Positions 22,694-39,946 of a stretch of DNA of 64,000 bases are shown here, piece by piece. Both the position numbers and the translations under genes were made by a program. Under the pieces are notes generated by a model. It was not told the origin of the DNA and searched no databases. It was given only the letters and a program-made list of their open reading frames with translations. The first letter of the stretch is position 1; the number at the start of each line of letters is the position of its first letter. Source of the DNA: Octopus sinensis (Eukaryota); assembly GCF_006345805.1 (NCBI RefSeq), contig NC_042997.1, positions 131,812,001 through 131,876,000 on the forward strand, in the 5' to 3' direction.

Positions 22694-23348
22694 GAAAAGA
22701 AAGAAAAACTGGATTGATAAATTGCTCAACAGCTGGCCAATATATAAGGATATTGTGTGTCAGTTTATTTAGAGGAAAGAAAGTAGATGCATGTTGTAGA
22801 TATCATTTTACATCTACTTTGTCTATATTGGCATGAGTTAGATAACACATTTTTTAGACATTGGATATTTGTGTGTGCATGTGTAAATCAGGGGACAGAT
22901 TAATGACATCGGGATATGGCCAAAATTGAAGTTTTTAGATTAGAACTCTCAAGAAAATGAAGTCTTTTTGTAGGTGATAGGTCTTGTTTAGTTGAATAAA
23001 AAAAAAACCTGGTCTACTCATGTCAACATGGAAAAGTAGATTGGAGACAAAGTTGGTGATGATGATGGAATTATGGATATATATGATAGGTAAATAAATA
23101 TGTCAGTAGATATGATAGGGTGATCGATAAATGTATGAGATTATCAAGTAGTTGTGATATGTAGAGAGCTGCATTGTTAGCAAGTCTATCAAGTAGATGG
23201 GTGTATAAAAATAGAAGTATAGATATATATATATATATATGGTTGAGTAGATCAATAGATAAATGCCTTCTCAGATGCTCTACAAAATATCATATTGATA
23301 AGTCATTTGAATTTTCTTTCTGGCATCTCTTCAATTTATTCTTTGCAG

Positions 23349-23490
23349 ATGAAGATTCTGAAGACTGTGTGACATATACTGTTGAGTTACAGAAACGTGG
23401 TGGAGTTCTTGGAATTACAATATCTGGCACTGATAATCCTATGGATCCTATTACCATTTCTGGTTTAACAGAAGGTGGATTAGCAGAAAG
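23349..23490 (+). CDS. GRIP1: GRIP-like exon (PDZ6 N-terminal part)
   Basis: Acceptor ctttgcag, donor gtatgt. 142 nt, (D)[46 protein letters not shown](R). Matches [44 protein letters not shown]. Confidence 0.96.
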
Positions 23491-23713
23491 GTATGTCTAA
23501 ATACCAATGGTTTTCTGTTGTTTTGTTTTTATTCAATCTTTCATACGTCAGATAAACCCTTGTATATTATAACAGGATTATCTTCAATTGTTATGAAATG
23601 TCTTGCTTCTTATTAAATCTTGTTTTAACATTTCAGTACAGAATCAAGCAGCATTATGTAAATACTTCGTCGACAGCCCAATACTTATAGTTATATCTTA
23701 ATTTCTTTTTTAC

Positions 23714-23768
<55 letters not shown>

Positions 23769-25775
23769 TATCAACAAATTTTAGCACATTTGCCAAAAAT
23801 ATATGTATAACTTAAATTGTTATATTTATGTTGCCATTCTAACCATCTTCCAGCAGCTGTGGAGTTGAAAGGAATTAACTTTTGGCTTTCAGAATTTACC
23901 ATTTTCATTAAGAATAAATACCAACAGTGTGAAGCTGAAAAGGATTGCCATATTTGACGTCATAAAAGACACACAGACATATTAGATGCTCCCTAGTTTC
24001 AAACAGTCCATGTTCAAGGAAAAAGTTTTTAGTGTATTAAAACTTATGGAAGGCCTAACTTTACCTGTAGGACCCAGGGTGATATTTTGAGACATTATTT
24101 AAAAAAAAAAATAAAGTGTCTCATATGCCACCAAATACAGTAATTAATTGACAAGATTCACAGTTAAGGTTTTCTAGCCACCATGTCCTTGAAAGAATTA
24201 ACTGGTTTAATATGATAGTGTTCCTGTTCGCTTTTAGTCAGTGGTCAATTATTCCATTTGTAGTGTGTTGTTTGTTACCATAAATATTTCTTAGATAGCA
24301 GCCATTTATGTTGTTGTTCCCTTGAATGATATGTTGATGTCAAGAACAACATATTGCCATGAAAATCTGAAATACAATCCAGAAGATGAAGATGCAAACA
24401 GTTGGATAGAATATCTTTGAAATGTCATCATAGTAAAACAAAAATAATACAAATGATAGTGATGGGAATGAGTAAGAGGTCATTAACTCATCATCATCGT
24501 TATCATCATTGTCATCATCTTTCACTTCTTTATCATCTTTATCCATTTAGACTTTTATTCTTCTGTTGGCATTACTTTGACAGGATCTGTAGGATGACAA
24601 ATTGCAAGTCAATTTGATCCCATATTTTGTCTGTGAGAATCATTATCCTGAAATTTAAACTTCCAACTTACTTCCTTCCAGTCTCCTCCCAACCTTTAGT
24701 ATTTTTCGCTGCTAGCACCCTGGAGAATTCTTTAGACATACTGAACCTACCCTGAACATTCAAATGCCCATATCACCTTTATCTTTTACAAACATTATCA
24801 AATTTTAAAAATAACCAATATGATCTGGGGAAAAGATACGGTGAATAGATATGGAGGACAAGTTGAGAAAGAGAGAATTTCTTGTGTTTGTTTTTAGTAT
24901 TTCTGAAGTTTTTTTATATTTTGTACTTGTTTTTTGGTTCTGATTTGTGAATAAAAGCCTCATTTATGGACATTAGCTATCACAAGCAGCATCACCAAAG
25001 CTGCTTTGACAGATCATAAATCATAATGGGTTGTGTTGATTCCTCTCTACTAAAACCTCTCTACCAACTTTTACTACCATCACTTCTTCTTGCTATTGTT
25101 GCTGTCCCCACTGCCACTACTGCTACTACTGCTATGTCTCACTGGGATACAATTTTAGCTAAGGGTGAAGAATCAACATACTCTGTGGAGTAATCCAATG
25201 GTGTAACATAATCCAGGGAGGTTATCTGGTGGTGTAAGATAATCCAAGTATTAAGGTTCTCCAAAGTATTAGTTGGATAAAGTGATGCAGTGATAAAGAA
25301 GATTTAGTACCAGTTTTGTGGTAGCTGATGGGTTGTGCTTTAGACTTTGTTCCATATTCTTTTACTTGGTGTAAACAAACTTCTCAATATAGTTGTGTTA
25401 GGTTCAGCCATAAACACTTTGTTTCATTTAGTTTATAGCCTCAGATCAAACCTAAGCAAACAAGCACTTATGGCCAAAGGCATCTTATGCCAGCAGGAAA
25501 TGTGGAGACGATCTAGCTACTATTTCTAGGAGGTTGAGAAACCATGTAGTAGCCTCCTCTGTTGACATAAATATAATAGTAGTATATTGCTAAGCTGACA
25601 CAAAATACTTAGTATTGTATGGTTGGACAAAATATCTTCAGTTTCACAGACTAAAATAAAGTACTACAGGCATGAAAATAATTAGGTATTAAACCAAAAT
25701 TCTTCATATAGCATACATATGAATATATCTCCAGTTTGTAGGGTTTTTTGTTTTTGATATCTTCACATTATATGT

Positions 25776-25920
25776 GGTTGGCGTTAGGAAGGGCATCCAG
25801 CTGTAGAAACACTGCCAGATCCGACTGGCCTGGTGCAGCCTTCAGGCTCCCCAGACCCCAGTTGAACCGTCTAACCCATGCTAGCATGGAAAGCGGACGT
25901 TAAATGATGATGATGATGAT
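25776..25920 (+). mobile_element. RTE 3' UTR/tail fragment
   Basis: ggttggcgttaggaagggcatccagc...ggaaagcggacgttaaatgatgatgatgat. Confidence 0.8.
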
Positions 25921-26430
25921 ATATATATATATATATATTTTCAATAAATATATAAAGATTATTTATCTCCATTGATTAACTAATCTCCAGAGATTAAAAG
26001 TCTTATGTAACATGTTCTAAATATTCTTTCAAGTGATGCATTTCTCTGTGAAATATTCAATACAGTGATTCCTTGCCATATTTCACTGCAGTATTCAATA
26101 TTTATTTCTTCTCTTCTTGTTTCCATAACTGCATTGATAAGACTAAAACCTTATCAACCAAGGAGTGTTTAATTGATCGACTCCAATTCTCCACTTTGAT
26201 CTCCAATTACATCAACTAATTCCTATGATGTTACTTGGGCTATATCAAGGAAATGTACAGCCTAAGTTTCAAAATTAATTGTTCGTTTTCCTAGATTAAT
26301 AATTGAGGATTTTATATTGAAAATCAAAGAAAGAATCTAAACTACATAGAAAACCTAATCTAAATTTTATTGTTACAGAATTCTTTTCCTATTTATGATT
26401 TACTTACTAAATGCACAAACACAAACATTC

Positions 26431-26792
26431 TTATACAGAGACTAGCAGTATCGCCTGGCGTTGCTCGGGTTTGTTTTGACCCTTTAGAATTGGAATTTTT
26501 GAAAAGTAAAAATTTTGCCTTATGGTTGAAATACATCGAAAAATGGCAACACATCAGTCAAAAAATCGTAAACAATAGGGATTTTCGTAGATAAAAAGCA
26601 CCTTTTTGATGTTAATAATTTTTGTTGTTAACATGGTCTGATTTGAATTTTTTCTTCTATGGAAGGAAGAGCAAGCCTTCTATCATACTCTCAATTTTGG
26701 TCAACTTGCGCTGCAGGGTCTCGGAGGAGATAGTGTTAGTTGAAGGCTACCAAACCTGCCATACACAGACAACTTCAGCTTTATATATAGAG
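26431..26792 (+). mobile_element. Helentron-associated non-autonomous element (HINE/DINE-like)
   Basis: 5' actagcagtatcgcctggcgttgctcgggt and 3' catacacagacaacttcagctttatatatagag, resembling the DINE-1/HINE terminal pattern. Confidence 0.6.
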
Positions 26793-27039
26793 AGATGAAG
26801 CCACTATGTCCTTCACTTCTGAAACTTTTGCACATTGGCAAGCAGCATAGACTCATCACACTAGACTCGTGTACTATGAATAGAGATTTTTAAAAGACCT
26901 GACAGCCTAAGCAACACCAAGATATAACCATTAAATGTACCAAGGAAACACTGTGGAAATACAAAGTCCTTTTTCCTCATGAAAAAACACAGTTAAATTC
27001 TCAGATTTGCTACAAATGCCAGGACTTTTCAATGGCTTA

Positions 27040-27215
27040 TGATCCTTCATGGTAAACTACATCTCAACAATATAGCAAAAACTACATTCTCAAACTTAAG
27101 CTTCCTCTTATGAGCTACAAAAATACTCTAGCTTTGAACAATTGATTGTTTTTTACAAACCACAAATTCAACCCATCCTAGAGAACTGCTCGTATATCTA
27201 GAATATGTACGAATT
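27040..27215 (+). pseudogene. Highly decayed CR1/Jockey-group LINE ORF2 fragment
   Basis: With one frameshift and stops it reads SWKLHLNNIAK...FYKPQIQPILENCSYI*, resembling the LYKAQIRPxLEYCSHIW motif. Confidence 0.45.
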
Positions 27216-27289
27216 TATTCTTAACTGCATCCAAAGAACGGTCATCTGATTGGCAAACTTTTGCTCACCTACACACTAATTATCAGCAT

Positions 27290-27740
27290 TTTACATCTGT
27301 TTTTCCAGGTTTGCATGGATTGGATGAGTCTTCTTCTTCAGCACAGTATTTCATCATTTGTTGTGGTTCTTTGTCATCTCCTTTGTGAGGCTCGGCCTCC
27401 TGAAATCAAATTTCACTACCTCTTCCTATATCTTCCTTGGTCTTCCTTTTCTGCCAGATCCTTCCTCTTCAATTGTTTGGCATTTCTTTATCCAGCTGTT
27501 ATCCATCATACACCAGCTCAGTCTTTCCTCTTGCACCCTATATCTGGTTCCTTTTGACACCCTGTTTTACTCTCAGCTTCTTTGTGTTTGTTGTTCATGC
27601 ACGCTAACATTACACATCCAGCAGAGCATGCCCCGTCCACTTACTCACAAGCATGCACTATCTCTCTTCCTTCTTCTTTTGCAACTATAACAGTTTCTGC
27701 TCCTCTGAACTAACCAGTTGTGACCCACCTACTCAAGCCT
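27290..27740 (-). mobile_element. Old RTE LINE 3' fragment with short UTR
   Basis: Minus strand ...KGRPRKI*EEVVKFDFRRPSLTKEMTKNHNK...VLKKKT, joined almost directly to a ccaatccatgcaaacctggaaaa tail. Confidence 0.6.
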
Positions 27741-30700
27741 ACCTGATGCATCTGTTTCAACCAGAAATATTCCTATTTTGTGTCATCTCCCTAAAACGCA
27801 TCATCTAATCCTTCCTGTTCAGAATTAGAACCTTTTAGAGCTCCCTCCTCCCAACAAGGTTTCACTACAGGCAATCCAGATAAGTATTAATCACCACCCC
27901 CACCATATGGAAGACTGCAAATATTATGGACACTACCCAACTCCATTGTCTAATTGTTAATAATAATAATGATAATAATAATAATTTCTGATTTAGGCCC
28001 AAAACCAATAATGTTGAAGGAAGGGGATTAGACTAGCACTGTATTTGATCAACACTGGAGAGATGAAAGGTAAAGTGGACTTAGGCAGAAGCTGATCTCT
28101 GAATGTAAAGACTCGGAACAAATACCACAAGGCATTTTTTCTAACACTAACAATTCTGCCAGAGCATTAAAAATCAAATTGTGTACATCATCTTAAACTC
28201 ATCCTCATGCTTAACTGTTACTGTATCATCCATAACTACTTGGCTTTCCTTTAGTTCAACCTTTGTATTATGATGTATAATTTCAATGGATTACTTTAAT
28301 CAATTTCATATTCTTTTCTATATAATATCTCATGCTGGGGCAAATGACACAGCAGTTGATGGGCTTAGGTTAAACAAAGTTAATGTGTTACCATTAAAGT
28401 TAAGAAATAAAGTAATTAAAGAATTGTATAAATTATGGTATTTGCATATTTTCTTGAAGTAGATGGCTTTTCTGACCTTTCTAGTTGGGCATGGTGGGGT
28501 TTGAAAATCAAGATTGATCATTCATTTTTAAATATATGGTACAGACCTGGGCAAAAGTTTTTGCTAAAGGTCCCCTATCAATGCCGCTGATGTTATCTAA
28601 AGGTAAGGCCCCTGGTTTGGGCCTATACAGCTTTGTACTAGTGTTGTTGCTGTTAGAATGCAAAGAGACAGAACATTTCTACAAGACATCTGGGCTGGGA
28701 CTCTTTTATCTACAGCAAAAGGATAAAAGGCAAAATTGGCTTTGGTAGGTTTGAACTCAGGATGCAAAGAGTCAGAACAAATATTGTAAAGCATTTTAAC
28801 TAACACTCTGACAACTCTGCCAATTTGCCAGTATAGATGAAACCTTTGTATTGGCTTTGTAGTTTGAGCTTTTCTGAGAATCACTATTGAATGCTTGTGA
28901 CTTATTGTTGATATGTAAACAATAGACTAAGTCATATACGTATACCAAATATATGACTTAGGGTAACTTTTACACTTATATTAATAATATTTTGGCTGGG
29001 TAAGTTATGATTCATAGTCAAACATTTAACACATGAATCATTAATTTTGATGATGAGCTGAAATTATGTTTTCAGAAGTCTATATTCAGCTTACAGTTGA
29101 GATTTTCTTTAATTCAAACTAAACAAAGTCAAACTATTTCAACAATATTCTACTTACTTCTTAAAATTGTCCTTTGTTTTGGAGTTAGCTCATTTCATAA
29201 AAGCCATGAAAGAATGGTATTTCAGTTCCTAACATAAAGGTAAATCATATAAATATATAATCAAATGCCTGAATCATAAGGTATTAGGGAAAGCAACTAA
29301 AAGGTCTGGAGAGCCTATCTTGTCACCAGCACACACTGTTTTCCTGGCCAAAATACATTAATGATCCAGTCCACTTAGCCGTTAGTTGGTCACACAAGAT
29401 GGAAAGTGTCGACACTGAAAGCAACAGCTCTGTAAAAGTGGCAGGTCTTTTATAGCTCTTTCTATAATGGAGTCCAGTTCTACTTGCCTCAGCCATATGT
29501 AAATACTGGTAATTTTATTATATATTTTTTTTTAATTAAAAGTTTTTCATTCATTTAAAAAAGTTTTAAATTTCTTGGGATGAATCTCCATCAAATCACA
29601 CCTTGCCACCTTAAAAAAGAAACTAAGGATACATTGGCCAATGTAGAACTAGATATATAAAAACATGATGGTCATGGCTGGAAAGCCTTTGATCATATAT
29701 GTTTGCTCAATCAGAGCTGACTTGGTTGGGGTTACACAATTGATAGGTTTTTTTCATTGAAAGCTGCCACTCATGACAATAACAAATAAAGCAGCTTGAT
29801 TGTCTAACAACAAATGGATCATCTAAAATCTAACATTTATATGATCTGAAATTACTAATCTAAAGATTATCTCAGATGGTAACATATCTTTTTGTTTGTT
29901 TCAAAAAGCCTCCAAACTTATTTATATAGCTGTGTATCTATGTGCTTCATTTCAAAATATTCTCTTTTATTTTTAAATTATATTTTACTCTTTCTGTCTT
30001 AATAATGTTCTTTCTTTTAGTATGAAGACTTAAAATACAGTTGTTTGTTTTGTCTGGCATTGTTACATCTAGTCTAATATTTATGATAATATATGCATGA
30101 GGTGTTTTTAGAAAATTAGTTTTCTAAATTAGTTAATTAGTAATTGAAATATATTTCAACTAATATTTTTTCCAACAGTATAATACTAACTTAAAAAAAA
30201 AAAATGGCTGGTAGAAAAGATTTTCTGCAAATATTTATCCCTAAATTATATTCAATTCTTGCTGGTATGCTTGTATCAAATACTTATGTTTATATTTCAT
30301 GCCATCTGAAAGGGATGCGTAAGTATCCATTATCGCAGTTCTATGCAATCCTTTTCAACCAATCATTAGCTGCGTCCAGCTTATAACTCCCATAATTCTA
30401 CATTCCTAAATATGCATTCAGAGAGGCTGCTGTACATTGGCTAAAAACTTTCATATCATCATCGCCACATGCATGTTGACTTCTCATGCCAAACGCTTGC
30501 ATTCATTCCTTCTCCAAATCCTGCTTGTTTATTTGTTAATAGTAAATATAGTAATATTAGTGAAAGTATTTAATAGTATGAGACTTGTTTACTCTCTGAA
30601 TTTATTTCATCATCATTTATATATAATAATAATGTATACCTGCGATCATAGTATGCATTTGAGTGAGGGTGTGTGTGTATATATATATGTATGTATACTC

Positions 30701-31066
30701 ACACACACATATATACACACGTATTCACACATGCTTTTACAACATGATTGATGGTAACTTCAAGGTTTTACCCTGCCAGCATTTGTTGGACAGTACAGTA
30801 AAGGCTAGTAGACCAAAACTTCGAAGTCACTGTCACCACTCTTCTTGTAAAAGTATAGTAAATATGTACTCTACAAAAAAGTATTGAGTAATTCTTCAGC
30901 TTAATGTTAAACTGTTTTATTACAACTAAACATAAAAGAAATATTGATATATATATATATATATAATAATAATTATTATTATATTAGGGAGTATAACTCC
31001 ATACTTAAAGGGAAAAATTCAATTTAGTATTAAATCAAATTTCACAATATAAATATATAATATATA

Positions 31067-31328
31067 AATTAGAGAAAACCCACTATTATGCAATTCAAAC
31101 AATGATAGCCATAAGCCAATTCATAAATTAAAAATATTTTTTAAAATATATGACTAGATCACAAAAAGTACAAAAATGAATAAACAATACTTATTATATA
31201 TTGTTTATTCATTTTTGTACTTTTTTTGATCTAATTATATATTTTTAAAAATATATTTTATTTTTTATTTATGAATTGGTTTATGCTTCATTGTTTGAAC
31301 TGCATGATAGTAGTTTTTTTCTCTAATT
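31067..31328. repeat. AT-rich foldback (about 125-bp arms, 9-nt loop)
   Basis: 31067-31189 pairs with 31199-31328 (for example aaagtacaaaaatgaataaacaata / tattgtttattcatttttgtacttt). Confidence 0.9.
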
Positions 31329-31565
31329 ATATAATACTATATATATATAGATATATATTATATATAATATATATATATATATCATAATATATATACATAT
31401 ATATAGATATATATATATATATATAATATACATATAGTAATAAATATATGTATACATATATAGCTATATGATAGTCTATATATAAGTATATATAGAATAA
31501 TATATATATCATATTATATACATATATATATATATATAATAGATATATATATATATCCATATATG

Positions 31566-31596
<31 letters not shown>

Positions 31597-32296
31597 ACAT
31601 ATATATCATTCAATATTACCTATATACTCTATATTCCATATATATATATATATATCGTTATATATTGGATATATATATATGTCTATCTTTATCTATACAT
31701 ATATATATATATACCTATATATATATATACTCATATATATTAGTGTTCTATATGCTATATATCGTATGTATCTATATATATATATGTACTATATACATCT
31801 ATATATAGATTTACTACTCATATATATATATATCAGATTATATAATCTATATATATATATAATATAATGTCATATAACATAATACATATACTAATATATA
31901 GATACATGTTATTTACATAGAATATATATATATATATTATATTATATATATGTTATATATATATATGTATATAATATATATATACATATATACATATATA
32001 TACATATATATATATATTATATATATATATATATATACATGTATATATATATATATATGGTAATAGATATATACATGTATATATATACATAATATATCTA
32101 TATATATGTATATATTATACATGTATCTATCTATATATGTTATATATTGTAATATATATATCTATATATATCTATATCTATATATAATCTGTATATCTTA
32201 TATATACATATATAATATATGTATATATATATATATATATATGTATAATATATATATACATATATATATTATCCATATATATATATACTATATATG

Positions 32297-32327
<31 letters not shown>

Positions 32328-32351
32328 TATATATATAGCTATATATATATA

Positions 32352-32438
<87 letters not shown>

Positions 32439-32512
32439 CTACATATATATATATATATATATTATATCTAATATATCGTATATATATATATATATCTATA
32501 CATTATATATCC

Positions 32513-32545
<33 letters not shown>

Positions 32546-32573
32546 TATATATATATATATAGATACATATATA

Positions 32574-32610
<37 letters not shown>

Positions 32611-33104
32611 TAGATACTATATATATACATATATAATATATATATATATCTATCTATATATCTCATATATATATATATATATATACTATATAACATCTAT
32701 ATATATATATATATATATATATCTACATATATATCTATATATATATATATATATATCTATATATATATATCTATATATCTGATATATATATACATAATAT
32801 ATTATATATATATATTATAGATATAATATATATATATATATATATATACATATAATATATATTATATATAGATTATATATAATACTATATATCTATATAT
32901 ATATATATATATAATATATATATCTACCTATATATATAGATTATATATATATATATCTATATATATATACATATATATATCTATATAATATACATATATA
33001 TACATATTATATATACATATATATAATATAATAACATATTATATATATACATATATATATATATATACTATATACTATATATATAACATATATATATATT
33101 ATAC

Positions 33105-33177
<73 letters not shown>

Positions 33178-33277
33178 CATATATCTATATATATATATAC
33201 ACATATATAGCACATATATATATCCTCTATATACACATATATATACACCTATATATACATATATATATACATATATT

Positions 33278-33325
<48 letters not shown>

Positions 33326-33561
33326 TATATATACATATATATATATATATCTATAATATTATCTATATCTATATATATAATATATACATACTATATATAT
33401 ATATCTATATATATACATATATACTATATATATAATATATATATCATATATATATATATATATATATATAATCTATATATATATATATATATATATATAT
33501 CTATCCTATATCTATACATATATATACATATATATATAATATACCTCTATATATATACAAT

Positions 33562-33594
<33 letters not shown>

Positions 33595-33772
33595 CTATAT
33601 ATACATATATATCTATATATATATATATATACCTATATATCTTATATATATATACATATATATACTATATATATATAATATCTATATTATATATCATAGA
33701 TATATATATACATACATATATATAGATATATATATCCATATATAATACATATAACATATAATATATATATAT

Positions 33773-33806
<34 letters not shown>

Positions 33807-33925
33807 ATTATATATTATACATATATATATATATATATACATATATATACCTATATATATATATATAATATATAATAATATATTATTATACATTATCTAT
33901 ATATATATAGATATATAGATATAAC

Positions 33926-33966
<41 letters not shown>

Positions 33967-34010
33967 CATATATATATACATATATATATATATAATATAT
34001 CTATATATAG

Positions 34011-34056
<46 letters not shown>

Positions 34057-34103
34057 CATATATATCTATATATATATATATATATATATACATAAATCTA
34101 TAC

Positions 34104-34141
<38 letters not shown>

Positions 34142-34155
34142 ATAATATATACATA

Positions 34156-34186
<31 letters not shown>

Positions 34187-34222
34187 CATATATATATACA
34201 TATATATATATAATATATCTAC

Positions 34223-34313
<91 letters not shown>

Positions 34314-34774
34314 ATACTATACATAATATATATACATATATATATATATATATACTATATATATATCCATCTATATAGATATATACTATACATATATTAT
34401 ATACATATATATATCTCTATATTATATATATACATCTATATATTATATATACATATATATATACATATCTATCATAATATATATATATATATACATATAT
34501 ATATGTATATATATATATACTATACATATATATATTCCATATATATATCTATATATCTACATTCTCTAATATCTATATACTATATCTATCTATATATATC
34601 TATCTATAATACATATATATAACATATATATATCTATACATATATATATACATATATATATATACCCATATCTATAAACATATATATACAGATAGATATA
34701 CATCTATATATATATACATATATATATACATATATATATATATACATATCATATATATATACATATATATATAC

Positions 34775-34805
<31 letters not shown>

Positions 34806-35157
34806 CATAATATATATATATACATATATATATACATATCATATACATATATATATATATACAATATATCTATATATATACATAATATTATAATATATAT
34901 ATATATATACATATATATATTATATATACATCTTATATACATATAATATCATATATGTATAATATATATACCTATAATATATGTATATAATATATATATC
35001 TATAATATATATATATATATATGTATATTATATTATATATATATATGTATATATATATATATAATATCTATACATATATCTATACATATATATATATATA
35101 CTATATATAATACATATATACATATACATAATACCTTAGATATATACATATATAGAA

Positions 35158-35210
<53 letters not shown>

Positions 35211-35218
35211 CTATATAC

Positions 35219-35251
<33 letters not shown>

Positions 35252-35281
35252 CATATAATATACATATATATATATATATAC

Positions 35282-35335
<54 letters not shown>

Positions 35336-35436
35336 TATATAACATATATATACATTATATACATATATATATATATACATATATATATACATATACATAT
35401 ACATATTATATATTATATATTACATATACATATATC

Positions 35437-35467
<31 letters not shown>

Positions 35468-35766
35468 ATATATAATATATATATAATATACATATACATA
35501 TATATATATATATAGATATAATATATACATATATATATACATATAGATATATATATATATATATAGATCATACATATATATATACATATATTATATACAT
35601 ATATATATACATATATATAATATATACATATATATATATCATATATATATACATATATATAATACATATATATATATATATAATATATATAATATACTAA
35701 ATATATTATACATATATATATATACATACATAATATATTATACATATAATATACATATATATATAC

Positions 35767-35801
<35 letters not shown>

Positions 35802-35929
35802 CATATATTATACAATATATATACATATATATATATATATACATATATATAATATATATACATATATATATACATAATATATATATATACAATATATATA
35901 CATATATATATACATATATATATATATAC

Positions 35930-35964
<35 letters not shown>

Positions 35965-36083
35965 CATATATATATACATATATATATATAATATATATAA
36001 TTAATATATATATAATATATATACATATATATAACATATATTATATATATATATACATATATATATATACATATATATATACA

Positions 36084-36119
<36 letters not shown>

Positions 36120-36147
36120 CATATATATATACATATATATATACATA

Positions 36148-36179
<32 letters not shown>

Positions 36180-36418
36180 TCATACATATATATATCCTAT
36201 ATATATATCTACATATATATTATATATAGATGGCTATCTCTCGCTATATACATATATCTATGATATATATATATATATCTCCATATATATATCTCTATGT
36301 TATATAATTCTATATCTATACATACTATATATACATATATATATATATATACCTAGATATATACATATATATATATATAGCTAGTATATATATACATATC
36401 TATATTCTATATATATAT

Positions 36419-36451
<33 letters not shown>

Positions 36452-37024
36452 TATATATATATACATATATCTATAACATATATCTATAGATACCTATATC
36501 ATATACATATATATATATATATATAATATAGATATAGCATATATATATACATATATATAATATATATATATAGATCTATCAGACATATATCTATACATCG
36601 TATATATACATATATAATATATTATCTATTACATAATATATACATATAGATCTATATCTATCTATATATATACATATATATATATAATATAAAATATATA
36701 TATTATTATATATAAATATAGATATACATATATATATATATATAAGATATATCTATATATATAGGACATATATATATACATATATATATAATTATATATC
36801 TAATATATATATATATATATCTACATATATAATACATATATATATATATCTATCTATATAACATATTATATATATATATATATATATATAGATCTATATA
36901 TATATATATATACATCTATCTATACATATATGATATATATATATACTATGATATATATACTAGATATAATATATATATACATATATATACATATATCTCT
37001 AACAATATATACCTTACTTATAAC

Positions 37025-37060
<36 letters not shown>

Positions 37061-37350
37061 CATATATACAATATATAATATACATATATATATATATATC
37101 CATATATATATATTATATATACATATATATATCTATCTGATTATATATATATATATATATATATATCTATATATAGATACATATATATTATAATACATAT
37201 AGATACACATATTATACACATATATATATATACATATATATACACATATATAAACAACATCTATATCATATATATATACATATATATATACATATATATA
37301 TATATATTATAATATATATACATATATTATATATATATATACATATATAT

Positions 37351-37387
<37 letters not shown>

Positions 37388-37430
37388 TATATACTATATA
37401 TATACATATATAAATACTAATATTATATAT

Positions 37431-37466
<36 letters not shown>

Positions 37467-37866
37467 GATATATTATATATATATATATATAATATATATA
37501 TATAATATATATATATCCAATATCTATATATATATTACATATATATAATATATATATATATATACATATATCTATATACATATATATATATATAAATATA
37601 TATATATTATATATATATATATATATATTATTATATATATATAGATATACATATTATTATAATATATATATACATAATAATATCTATATATATATATCTA
37701 TAGTATATAAATATATAATACATACATATATATATAGATATATATATACATATATATATACATATATTAACATATATATATATAATAATATATATCTATA
37801 TATCTACAGATATATATATTATAATATATCTATATATATACATATATATATATATATATACATATA

Positions 37867-37901
<35 letters not shown>

Positions 37902-37946
37902 ACATATATATACATATATATATATATATATAATATATATATACAC

Positions 37947-37981
<35 letters not shown>

Positions 37982-38255
37982 ATTACATATATATTATACT
38001 ATTATAAATATATAATATATATAATATACTATATCTATTATATAACCTATCTATATATATAATATATAATTAGTCTATACATATATATATACATATATAT
38101 AATATATATATACATATATATATACATATATATATACATATTATATATATATATATTATACATATATATATACATATTATATAATATATATATATATATG
38201 ATAATATATACATATATATATACATATCGATATATATATATATATACATATATAT

Positions 38256-38292
<37 letters not shown>

Positions 38293-38308
38293 ATACATAT
38301 ATATATAC

Positions 38309-38345
<37 letters not shown>

Positions 38346-38532
38346 TGCATATATATAACTATATATTAGATATATAATATATATTATTAATATATATATA
38401 TATATATATACATAATATAACATATATATATATATATTATATATATTATATATATATATACTGACATATATATAGACATATATATATACATATATATATA
38501 CATATAATAAATACATATATATATATATAAGG

Positions 38533-38563
<31 letters not shown>

Positions 38564-39570
38564 ATACATATATATAGATATATATATAGTACAATATATA
38601 TACATATATATATACATAATTATATATATATATATATATATAATAAACACATATAATATATAATATATATATATATATACATATCTATAGCCATATATAT
38701 ATATTATAATATATAATACATATATATATACATATATCATATACTCTATAATATATATATACATATATATATACAGATATATATATATACTATATACATA
38801 TCTACTATACGATATATAATATATACATACTAGATATATATATATATACATATACATATATATATACATATATATATATACATATACATATACTATATTA
38901 TATTATACATAATATATATATATATATATACATATATGTATATATATATAATATACATATCTATATATATATATATATTACAATATATATATACATATAT
39001 ATATATATATGTATATCTATATAGTCATATATATATATATATATATTATATATATTGTATAGATATATATATATATATATATTATATATATAATATATAT
39101 ATATATATGTATAGATATATATACATATATATATATACATATTATACATATATATATATAATACATATATATATATACAATATACATATACATATACATA
39201 TATATCTACATATATATATATATTATATATATATATCATATATATATAATACATATATATATATATATATATATATATCCATATATATATCTATATACAG
39301 ATATAGTTATATATACCTATATATACATATATATATAAATACTAATATATTATATATATAAGATATATATATATAATATATATATATTATCTATATATAT
39401 ATATACATATATACAACTATATATATAATATATATAATATATACCTATATATATACATATATATATACATATATATATATATACATATATATATACATAT
39501 ATATACATATATTATACATCATACATATATATATAATACATATATATATACATACCTATATAATATATAC

Positions 39571-39601
<31 letters not shown>

Positions 39602-39914
39602 CCTATATATACTATTATATATATATACAATATATATATATATACTATATATATATATACATATATAACATATATACATATATATATATAGATATATACA
39701 TATATATATATACATATATATATATCATATATATATATATATACATATATAATATATATATATACAGATATATATACATATTATATACATATATATATAC
39801 ATATAATATACATATATATAACCATATAAATATATAGTACTATATATATACATATATATATAACATATATATATACAATATAATATATATATATATACAT
39901 ATATATATCTATAT

Positions 39915-39946
<32 letters not shown>

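Noticed and set aside
27290-27330. ttttccag followed by open sequence as an extra GRIP exon in the 28-kb intron
   Set aside because: The sequence is the antisense tail of an RTE fragment, and the flanking PDZ6 exons already join seamlessly (LAE-R-TGAIH).
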